From Azolla caroliniana (taxonomy: Eukaryota > Plantae > Polypodiophyta): a stretch of DNA of 13,058 bases. Positions 1-8,147 of this stretch are shown here, one piece after another (the stretch's first letter is position 1; each line of letters starts with the position of its first letter). The stretch is from the NCBI GenBank assembly GCA_043228905.1, contig JBHGNT010001001.1, positions 1 through 13,058 of the forward strand, read 5' to 3'. The notes beneath the pieces were generated by a model. The model did no database searches. It saw only the letters and a list, made by a program, of their open reading frames with translations, and was not told the origin of the DNA. The position numbers and the translations under genes are program-made.

Positions 1-2
1 AA

Positions 3-102
3 CAAAACCCCAGACTAGCATCCAGCGATGACACATTGACAACTTTACGGGAGGAGGTCGAAGCACAAACCACCATCACCGCAAAAGCAAAAAGAGCTAC
101 GT
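3..102 (+). pseudogene. Upstream piece of the C1 coiled-coil ORF
   Basis: Frame from 3 reads QNPRLASSDDTLTTLREEVEAQTTITAKAKRAT. It joins in frame to *LAESEIDRLRAEL at 6460 when 103-6455 and one ACGT copy are removed. Confidence 0.7.
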
Positions 103-215
103 TGTCATGAAGATCCGTCACTACGTGCGGATCATGAGGCGGAACCGCCAGGGTTCTTGACCGGAAAGATTCGAAGTTTGTACTAGCTTTAGCGAGAAAG
201 TATTTAAGATAGATT

Positions 216-229
216 GAGAGAGAGAGAGA
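216..229. repeat. (GA)7 microsatellite within a GA-rich tract of element D
   Basis: gagagagagagaga, with further AGATTGAGA-like units nearby (211-290). Confidence 0.8.
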
Positions 230-410
230 TTGAGATAAGATAGAACGCTTGACTTTAGATTGAGAGAGATTGAAATGGAGAGAGAGATTAATATTGAACT
301 CTTGACTTTAGATTTGAAGAACAAGATATATCATCAATTGGATAACGAATTTTCTTCTTATTAAATTCTTGATTCATACATAGCTCCCCATTGATCTTTT
401 CCATCCACTC

Positions 411-417
411 TTTTATA
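411..417 (-). promoter_or_regulatory. Candidate TATA box of element D
   Basis: Minus strand reads GGGGGCGTC-TATAAAA-GAG, followed downstream by CT-rich sequence as in many plant LTR promoters. Confidence 0.5.
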
Positions 418-483
418 GACGCCCCCATGTATATGATGCATTTACATGTGAAACTATAATGGTAGGACAAATGATCTTAAGAA

Positions 484-550
484 AACGACTTGGCTTAGTG
501 GTAAGTTTATTGCCTCCTATCTTGGAGGTGTAGGGTTCAAGCCTTCCTTA
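484..550 (+). other. Degenerate tRNA-like sequence with Pol III A and B boxes (tRNA-derived, SINE-head-like)
   Basis: A box TGGCTTAGTGG 491-501. D-like stem GCTT/AAGT (493-496/503-506). Stem GCCTCC/GGAGGT (512-517/524-529). B box GGTTCAAGCC 534-543. No acceptor-stem pairing, so it is not a functional tRNA. Confidence 0.6.
546..550 (+). repeat. Left target-site duplication of element A (CCTTA)
   Basis: Identical to 5871-5875. Confidence 0.97.
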
Positions 551-1154
551 TGTTGGAAATAATCGACACTTTCCAAACTTCACCTCTCGGCCACAACCAA
601 GGAAACACACGAATCGTTGTTGCAGAAAATGGGAAATGCAAAAGTAAATAAGTGGACACACGATTTAACGTGGAAAACCCTGTACGGGAAAAACCACGGG
701 AGTACAAGACTCCGAACCAAAACTATGCACAGAGAAATATACAATGGCGAGCTGCAAGGCGACGACCTTGAGCTCGCTGTCCTCGCCACAGGCGGCGGAA
801 TTACACAGAGGCGTCGACCTCTTCGTCTCTCACGCTCTATCTCTCTCACGGCTGCTCTCTCTTCACTCCTCTTGAGTGGAAAAACAGAAAAATGAGTAGC
901 AACATCAAAACTGTTTGCCCTAAGTCATATTTATACACATATGACTTTAGGGCTATTTACAACTATAGCCTCAAGGGCCCTTGGCAAACATATTCACAGA
1001 TATGTCCCCGCATCCGGATCTCTCTCCGGGTACATTCGTCATCCGGCTCCGAAGCCGGGGTCTTCATCATCCGGTTCCGAAACCGCAACCGGGCTTGTCG
1101 TCATTCATCTCCGGACATCCGACCATCCCATCCGGAGGGACCGTAATCCCAACA
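551..1154 (-). repeat. 3' LTR of element A (604 bp)
   Basis: Direct repeat of 5267-5870 (offset 4716). I found only two differences: C588/T5304 and C1055/T5771. Adjacent to the PPT. Confidence 0.97.
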
Positions 1155-1156
1155 AA

Positions 1157-1166
1157 CTCCCCCTTC
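1157..1166 (-). other. Polypurine tract of element A
   Basis: GAAGGGGGAG on the minus strand, 2 nt from the 3' LTR, overlapping the pol stop codon. Confidence 0.93.
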
Positions 1167-1826
1167 ACTTCGGCATGGGATGTCTCTCCAATCCGATCCT
1201 CTTCCGGCATGCTTCCAGCTTGTCGGGTGTGAGCACCTTGGTCAGCATATCCGACCCGTTCTCGTCCGTGTGGATCTTCGTCAGCACGAACTCCTTGTCT
1301 TCTATCCTTTCCCGGATCCAGTGATATCTTCGCTGGATGTGCTTCGTCCGGGAGTGATAGGCCGCATTCTTCGCAAGGTGGATTGCACTCTGACTGTCGC
1401 AGTAGAGTCGGTACTCCTCCTGCCGGATACCGAGCTCTCTAATGAAGTCCTTCATCCATATTATTTCCTTGCTGGCTTCAACAGCTGCCATGTACTCCGC
1501 CTCCGTGGTTGACAACGCAACCGTCTTCTGCAGCCTCGACTGCCATGAAACAGCTCCCCCTGCATACGTCATCACATACCCTGATGTGGACCGGCTGGTA
1601 TCTGCATCAGCCGACATATCCGAATCGGTGAAGCCGTCGAGTTCGGGCTTACCGGAGCTGAATCAGAGGCACACGTTTGTCGTGCCCTTCAGGTATCGGA
1701 GTATCCACTTGGCCGCGTTCCAATGCTCTTTGCCGGGATTGCTCATGTACCGGCTCACCACTCCGACTGCATATCCTATGTCCGGTCGGGTACACACCAT
1801 TGCGTACATCAAGCTCCCGACGGCAG
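1165..1826 (-). pseudogene. pol: RT C-terminus and RNase H of element A, cut off by a frameshift and an in-frame stop
   Basis: Reads AVGSLMYAMVCTRPDI..RYLKGTTNVCL*FSSGKPELDGFTDSD..STTEAEY..YCDSQSAIHLAKN..HSRTKHI. TGA at 1665-1663. Confidence 0.9.
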
Positions 1827-4390
1827 AGCATATGGTACTTTCATCGTGTCCTCCTTCTCAGCCTTTGTCTTGGGGCTCTGCTTGCTGGACAGCTTGCAGT
1901 TTGCCGGGAGTGTTGACCCGACCGGTCTTGCTTCCGACATGTTGAACCGGTGAAGCACCTTTGTCACGTACTTCTCCTGTGACAGCCACAACTGCTTCTT
2001 CTTCCGGTCCCGGATGATGTGCATCCCTAGTATTTGCCTCGCCGGACCCAGGTCCTTCATTGAGAAGGTTCGGTGAAGAGCCTTCTTCAGCATCCGTATC
2101 TTGACCTGGTCTCGTCCGACGATCAACATGTCGTCCACGTACAGGAGGAGTATTAGAAAGTCTCCTCCTTCGAACTTCTTCACAAACACGCAGTGATCGG
2201 ACTGCGTTTTGTGGTACCCTTCGTCTGTCATGAAGGAGTCGAACTTCTGGTACCATTGCCGGGGAGCCTGCTTCAGACCGTAAAGGCTCTTCTTCAACCG
2301 GCATACCAGGTGCTCCTTCCCTTTCTTCTCGAATCCTTCCGGTTGCTGCATGTAGATCTCTTCTTCGAGGTCACCGTGAAGGAATGCCGTCTTCACGTCC
2401 ATCTGTTCTATCTCGAGGTCCATGCTTGCCGCTATGCTCAGCACCGTCCGGATGGAGGTCATCTTCACTACCGGGGCAAATATCTCGTCGAAGTCGACGC
2501 CCTTCTTCTGCTGAAACCCCTTCACCACGATCCTGGCTTTGTATCTCGGGGGGTTTCCAGCATCTCCCGGTTTCAGCTTGAACACCCACTTGTTACGAAG
2601 TGCCCGTTTTCCTTTCGGCAACTCCACAAGTTCATATGTGTGGTTCTCATGCAGGGAATCCATCTCCTCCTGCATGGCACTTAACCACCTGCGGCTATGG
2701 GTGTCATGCTTCGCTTCTTCAAAGCTCTCCGGCTCCCCCTCGTCGGTTAGCAACACGTGCTCTGGTTCCGGAAATCTCCGGGGAGCCCTTCTCTCTCTTA
2801 GAGGATATCTCCGTTCCGGAGCTTCGGTAACCGGTTCTTCCGATTCTTCTTCATCCGAATCCATTTCGGGATCGGGGCCGGTTCCGGTATCATTTTCATC
2901 TTCTTCGGCCGGTTCTGTTTCTTCACCGTCTTCGGCCGGATCTTCGAGTGTTAACCGGTCCCTTGCCGGTCGGGACTGCTCCTCGTAGAGTTTATCCTCA
3001 CCGGTCGACTTGGAGCTCTTTATCTTCTTCTCCGACTCCCAGTCGGCGAGTGTCTTGTTCTCCATGAAGATGATATCACGACTCCGGAATATCTTCTTGT
3101 CGACCGGGTCCCATACTCGGTAGCCGAACTCGTCATCGCCGTAACCGAGGAATATGCATGGCCGGGTCTTTGGATCTAGCTTTCCTCTCCGGTCCTTTGC
3201 CACATGCACGTATGCGAGACACCCGAACACCTTCAGATGCCGGTAGGATACTTCCCTACCGGTCCACACTCTCTGCGGCGTGTCTCCGTCCAAAGGTACT
3301 GAGGGTGATCTGTTTATCACGTATGTCGCCGTTGACATCGCCTCAGCCCAAAACCCCTTGGGTAATTCCGCATGCACCAGCATACTCCGGACCCTCTCCA
3401 TTATGGTCCGGTTCATCCTCTCGGCCAGCCCGTTCAGTTCCGGCGTCGTCGGCACAGTAAACTCGAGCCGGATTCCCTTCGAGCGACAGTACTCCGCGAA
3501 CTGCCCCCGGTATTCCCCTCCGTTATCCGCTCGTATCGCTTTCAGCTTCTTGCCGGATTCCCTTTCCACTCTCGCGTGGAGTTCTTTGAAGACGCACAAC
3601 ACTTGGTCCTTTGTCTTCAACGGTGCCGTCCACAGCTTCCGGCTGTGATCATCAATGAATGTTACGAAGTACTGGGCTCCGCCATGTGACTTCGTTTCTA
3701 CCTGACACACATCAGTGTGCACCAACTCCAATGGTGCGCTACGTCTCGTCGGTGGCCTTGAGTGGAAGGAGGTTCGGTTCTGCTTACCGGCCAGGCAATC
3801 GGTGCACTTCTCCAGGTGCACATGCTTCACTGGAATAAGGTTGTCTTCTGCAAGCCTCTTCATCCCCTTCTCACTCATGTGGCACAGTCTCTTGTGCCAC
3901 AGCTCACCGGCAGTGTCGGCTGCCATGTTCAACTCTTCCGGACACAACCAGGCATTCATAAGGTACAGTGTGTTGACTTTCCGGGCCCGAGCCACTATCA
4001 GGCTCCCCTTGCTGAACTTCATTACGCCGTTCCGGATGCTACCTGTGTAGCCTTCATCGTCTAGCCTCCCGGCCGAAATCAGGTTCAATCGAACCTCCGG
4101 AACGTGTCGGACATCCTTCAGCAGCATTTTGCATCCGGTCGAGGTTGTCAACCACACGTCTCCTATGCCGGCAATCCGGCACGTACCTTCATTTCCCATC
4201 CGAACACAGCCATGCTCACCGACTGTGTAGGATGAGAAGTATCTTCTCTCCGGGGTCAGGTGGAACGATGCTCCGGAATCGACCACCCAGGTCGTCTCAT
4301 CGCCGGCAATGTTTAGTTCACCTTCTTCGGTGATGAGCATGATTTCTTCCTCACTTGCCGCGAGTGCCGTCGTTCCTTTCCGGTCCTGCC
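1809..4390 (-). CDS. pol: Pol of element A: protease, integrase, reverse transcriptase (main open segment)
   Basis: WVVDSGASFH (protease). LWHKRLCH..CTDC, VHTD, DNGGEY, AERMNRT (integrase). YKARIVVKGF, QMDVKTAFLHG, LYVDDML (RT). The ORF-track start at 4607 overlaps gag out of frame and is probably not real. Confidence 0.93.
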
Positions 4391-5236
4391 CTCGCCGATC
4401 CGGACCTCTCCGTCCGTGGCTCCCCGGTATGCACCGTTTCTCTCCGGTGACTTCTTCGAATCGGTGTCGTCGGCTCCGTTGTCCTTTCGGTAATGCCGAC
4501 AATTCTTCCGGAAGTGCCCCGGCTTCCCACAGTGGAAGCATGTGGGTCTTCCTCTTGACTGCGACCGGGTCCTCGACTTCTCCCGTCTTTGCGGACTCCG
4601 GTTCCATTGTCTTCCCCGTTCCGATTCGGTAAGCAGCGCCTTCGAGTCGGAGGCCGGTTCTTTATCTCTCCGACGCGCTTCTTCGTTCAAAATACTTGTC
4701 TTTACCGTTTGTAGGGACAAGTTATCTTCCGTGCAGGAGGTGCTGAGAGTCACCACCAAGTTCTCCCAGCTTTCCGGCAATGTACACATCATAATGATGG
4801 CTTGCATTGCATCCTCCAGCGGGAACTTGATCGCCGCAAGCTGGTTCACGAATCCCATGAACGTGCTTACGTGTTCCACCATACTCTCGCCGTCCCGGTA
4901 CTTGAGGTTCACTATCTTCCTCATCAGGGAGGTCCGGTTCAACGCATTCTTCCTCTCGTAGAGGCCCGACAGCTTCCGCCACATCTCATATGCGTTGATG
5001 TCGTTCGCCACATGTTGTAGAACGCTCACGTCGACGTATTGCCGAATGGTTGCAACGGCTTTCCGGTTCAGAAGCCTCCATTCCGACTCAAGTACCCCCT
5101 TCGGTATTTCCGACCTGTCAATCGGTTCGTACAGGTCCCGAACAATCAGAAGATCCTCCATCTTGATCTTCCAGTCGGCGTAATTCTGCGCATTCAGCAC
5201 CATCATCCCCGGTTGCCCGCTGCCGCCGCCTTCCAT
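4313..5236 (-). CDS. gag: Gag of element A (copia-type capsid region plus CCHC zinc knuckle)
   Basis: ATG at 5236 just after the PBS. LNAQNYADWKIKMEDLL, LPESWENLV, and CFHCGKPGHFRKNC at 4540-4499. Out of frame with pol after the knuckle. Confidence 0.92.
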   Translation of the reverse strand: MEGGGSGQPGMMVLNAQNYADWKIKMEDLLIVRDLYEPIDRSEIPKGVLESEWRLLNRKAVATIRQYVDVSVLQHVANDINAYEMWRKLSGLYERKNALNRTSLMRKIVNLKYRDGESMVEHVSTFMGFVNQLAAIKFPLEDAMQAIIMMCTLPESWENLVVTLSTSCTEDNLSLQTVKTSILNEEARRRDKEPASDSKALLTESERGRQWNRSPQRREKSRTRSQSRGRPTCFHCGKPGHFRKNCRHYRKDNGADDTDSKKSPERNGAYRGATDGEVRIGEGRTGKERRHSRQVRKKSCSSPKKVN

Positions 5237-5251
5237 TTTCTGCAGCAACCC

Positions 5252-5263
5252 GCTCTGATACCA
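5252..5263 (-). other. Primer-binding site of element A (initiator tRNA-Met)
   Basis: TGGTATCAGAGC, 3 nt inside the 5' LTR boundary. Confidence 0.96.
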
Positions 5264-5266
5264 AAT

Positions 5267-5870
5267 TGTTGGAAATAATCGACACTTTCCAAACTTCACC
5301 TCTTGGCCACAACCAAGGAAACACACGAATCGTTGTTGCAGAAAATGGGAAATGCAAAAGTAAATAAGTGGACACACGATTTAACGTGGAAAACCCTGTA
5401 CGGGAAAAACCACGGGAGTACAAGACTCCGAACCAAAACTATGCACAGAGAAATATACAATGGCGAGCTGCAAGGCGACGACCTTGAGCTCGCTGTCCTC
5501 GCCACAGGCGGCGGAATTACACAGAGGCGTCGACCTCTTCGTCTCTCACGCTCTATCTCTCTCACGGCTGCTCTCTCTTCACTCCTCTTGAGTGGAAAAA
5601 CAGAAAAATGAGTAGCAACATCAAAACTGTTTGCCCTAAGTCATATTTATACACATATGACTTTAGGGCTATTTACAACTATAGCCTCAAGGGCCCTTGG
5701 CAAACATATTCACAGATATGTCCCCGCATCCGGATCTCTCTCCGGGTACATTCGTCATCCGGCTCCGAAGTCGGGGTCTTCATCATCCGGTTCCGAAACC
5801 GCAACCGGGCTTGTCGTCATTCATCTCCGGACATCCGACCATCCCATCCGGAGGGACCGTAATCCCAACA
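5267..5870 (-). repeat. 5' LTR of element A (604 bp)
   Basis: Direct repeat of 551-1154, adjacent to the PBS. Confidence 0.97.
5644..5651 (-). promoter_or_regulatory. TATA box of element A LTR (copy at 928-935)
   Basis: TATAAATA on the element strand, embedded in an inverted repeat (5633-5669). Confidence 0.7.
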
Positions 5871-5875
5871 CCTTA
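5871..5875 (+). repeat. Right target-site duplication of element A (CCTTA)
   Basis: Identical to 546-550. Confidence 0.97.
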
Positions 5876-5924
5876 CATCTCTTTGCATACAAATTTTTAC
5901 TAGGTTTTTTAGTCTAGATGATTT

Positions 5925-6422
5925 TGTTCGTTTCACACCAAAATCGTCGCGATCAACCTATCCGATCGATCCGGTCTATCCGGTCTACATCCGAGCCAAT
6001 TATCCGGTCCAGTTCTGGTGCCGGTTCTGATTCCATCGCCGTCTGTTCGGTTCCAACTCCGTCATCGTCCGTCTGGTTCCTCCAAAACCATTACGAGTAA
6101 TTTAGCCCAAGAACATTTTGTGCTCCACACATAGACAAAGAGTAATAAGTTCTGGCTCTGCTTATATATTGTGGGATCCTGATTTGTCCTATCTATGTGG
6201 GATATCTCATAATTTTGTTTTTCTCGTCTTCTTCTCAAACTTCACATTCACATAACTTGACATTTAGTTGTCCGTTTCAAATGTAGTAAAGTACATTTGG
6301 AAGCTCTTGAAGACATCCATCTTTTCGTACCAAGATATTAAACTAATCTAAAATAGTATCTTTACTATTATTGTTTCATATCGTGTGTGAAGAACCACAC
6401 TCGATTTTGTATGTTCCTCACA
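5925..6422 (+). mobile_element. Possible further solo LTR (E) nested in D
   Basis: TGT..ACA ends with ATTT on both sides (5921-5924, 6423-6426). Internal TATATA at 6163-6168 followed by a CT-rich tract. The terminal inverted repeat is only 3 bp and the TSD is AT-rich, so support is weak. Confidence 0.3.
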
Positions 6423-6459
6423 ATTTTCACACCATTGCCGAAAATCTTCACGACAACGT

Positions 6460-7647
6460 AGTTAGCCGAGTCCGAGATTGACCGCCTCCGCGCAGAACTG
6501 TGCCAATCATTAGACAAAGAAAAGGATGTCTGGGCAAAAGGACGAAGTGCGGTGAAAGCACTGGAGGATAAGCTCAAGGCAGAGATAGTATGCATACCCG
6601 CCGCACAAAAGAAGAAAATAGGAAGCTGCGTGAGGAAGCCCAAAAGACAGATGTCGTTATCACAGGGCTCTGAGAGTTATTGGAAAGGAAGAAAGCGTGG
6701 TACGACGAGAAGCTCATGCGGGAACAGGAACTGAAGCATTAGGTAGAAGTTCACTTGAACAATGAAATGGGCCGGCTCAAGGAACTACACTTGAAAGAAT
6801 CCCAGATATGGACGAAGATGAAGAGCCTCTATGAGGAAACGGCTACGGCCAATAAGCGTAAAATTGAAAACCTCAAGAAAGCCCTAGACGAAGTGCACAC
6901 CCGCTCCCAAATAATAACAAACAATGTATGTGTCCTTCTTCAAACAAATCGCGAGCGGTTTACGGCATAGTTGAAAGCGGCATTGGACAAAGTATGGACG
7001 GCGTAGGCAACGCAAGCAGCAGAATTGCACACCTATCGGGCGAACAAGGAGAACCCACGAAAAGAAGGCAGAGGTTTCTACAAGCTCAATGAGGTAAGCA
7101 TTGCGGCAGTATGCGAAAACCTCGTGCAGGACTATCGCACGCTAGCGGACTAGCACTCCGAAGCACTCACGCAGCTGTTGGAAGATTTCAGGGAAAGTCA
7201 GGAAGACATTTCCCACCGGCTAATGGAGGTCAGCAGCGAACAACAGAGGACGGAGACAATTGCGGTACCAGACAGTGATTCTGCCGAACAAGATGAGCCT
7301 CAGCCCAATTCGAACAACCCTCCGAAGGTGACCACTACGCTTGTCAACGCTATGGAAGAAATGGACAGGGAAGAGCCCTGTCCGACCGCTTGCCCACTAA
7401 CTGAAGAGCCCACGCCCGAACCTTGGAGGAATGATCTGGACATTGAACCAACAGAGTCGGCCCTAATCACGCGAAGTACAGATGACAACATGGGAACTCA
7501 CACACCGGCCGAACGTGGTGAAGTGGACGACACGCAATTGGAGGAGCCAGTTGAGCAGAACAACGAAGCACCTCAAACGTCACGTCGTTTCCCGACCAGG
7601 CTGTACAGACGGAGCCGATCATCCTAGACATTTTGAACGATGAGTAG
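6460..7647 (+). pseudogene. Degenerate coiled-coil ORF of element C1 (unknown family), antisense to the PBS
   Basis: Colinear with 12079-13056(-), e.g. LLQTNRERFTA*LKAALDK vs LLQTNWERFTAQLKTALDK, and RGFYKLNE in both. Stops at 6671, 6740, 6968, 7004, 7151. Frameshifts near 6608 and in the tail. C-terminus EPIILDILNDE* vs EPNIRAILEED*. Confidence 0.85.
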
Positions 7648-7675
7648 AGGGACGGGTTCGACGTGCCAGGGCACT

Positions 7676-7692
7676 ATCCCACAAGCGTGCCA
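7676..7692 (-). other. PBS-like site of C1 (tRNA-Arg type)
   Basis: Minus strand reads ..AAAACA-CT-TGGCACGCTTGTGGGAT. Resembles the Tat-lineage Arg PBS TGGCACGCCCRGTGGGAC (recalled from memory) with a 1-nt gap. Confidence 0.65.
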
Positions 7693-7694
7693 AG

Positions 7695-8147
7695 TGTTTT
7701 CCACCGATGTTGTCTGCTAGACCTAACGCTTAGATGAATAGAATATATTATTAGAAGCGTTAAAGAAACACATGTAACGGTTCACACTAGGAGTATAACG
7801 GACTAAAAGCCCTGTGCATATAAAGGGTGGAAATCCTCTATAATTCGGGAGCTACCTTTTGTAATACAATACTATCTTCTCTTATTCCCGTGTCTGTGTA
7901 AGTCCTCTACTGATTCGGTGTAGTACTCTGTTGGTAACTATGGGCTAGTAAGTGTAGGATAAGTGTGTATATGAAATCGCGCACTGGTGAGATTCGGTTG
8001 TAGCCGTCTCACTTCATGTCCAGACGATACGCTTTGCTTTGTAAGCTTGTTCCACTTTGCGCACCTACAAATCTATTCCTTGCACCACAATCACCTTGAA
8101 GTCTACCTCGAAGAACTGAGAGTAGACAGTGTTCCTAATCGGTAACA
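7695..8147 (-). repeat. 5' LTR of C1 (453 bp)
   Basis: Ends TGTTACCGAT and rc TGTTTTCCACCGAT. Shares GAGACGGCTACAACCGA (17/17), GTGAACCGTTACATG (15/15), CCCTTTATAT and the terminal ~60 bp with 11597-12031. Confidence 0.75.

Larger units (their letters stand above)
551..5870 (-). mobile_element. Element A: full-length Ty1/copia LTR retrotransposon (Tnt1/Tork-like), recent insertion
   Basis: Two 604-bp LTRs with TGTTGG..CCAACA ends, 5-bp TSD, iMet PBS and PPT. Domain order Gag-PR-INT-RT-RH. Tork-like call is inferred from the LTR motif CCCGTGGTTTTTCCC..GGGTTTTCCACGTTAAATC and the Pol motifs. Confidence 0.97.
103..6455 (-). mobile_element. Element D: non-coding solo-LTR-like element (103-550 plus 5876-6455), split by element A
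   Basis: Termini TGTCATGAAGAT (103-114) and ATCTTCACGACA (6444-6455) form an 11/12 inverted repeat with TG..CA ends. Flanked by ACGT (99-102 and 6456-6459). Removing it restores the host reading frame. Strand inferred from a minus-strand TATA followed by a CT-rich tract. Confidence 0.8.
1..8147 (-). mobile_element. Element C1: 5' part of a Tat-like (Ty3/gypsy-type) LTR element, interrupted by D and A; continues beyond the left edge
   Basis: LTR 7695-8147 and PBS-like 7676-7692 on the minus strand. Homologous to C2 (11597-13058) in LTR, PBS and ORF. Homology stops at the TGT terminus (8147), where copia integrase sequence begins. No gag/pol is visible, so the lineage is inferred from the PBS only. 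Confidence 0.7.

Noticed and set aside
484-550. Functional tRNA gene
   Set aside because: No acceptor stem, a weak T stem, a 6-nt central loop, and interruption by element A.
580-1146. Duplicated short ORFs (580-849, 617-895, 892-1146 and their copies at 5296-5862)
   Set aside because: They lie wholly in the LTRs of A. The duplication is just the LTR pair, and there are no recognisable motifs.
1180-5278. Many plus-strand and off-frame ORFs over element A
   Set aside because: Shadows of a GC-rich gag-pol with no independent coding signal.
5237-5377. 47-codon N-terminal extension of gag in the ORF track
   Set aside because: It runs through the LTR and PBS from a non-ATG start. ATG 5236 is the plausible start.
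7773-7780. TGTAACGG as the start of a plus-strand 3' LTR
   Set aside because: No PPT precedes it in either copy. The boundary at 7695/12031 has better terminal repeats and a PBS-like site.
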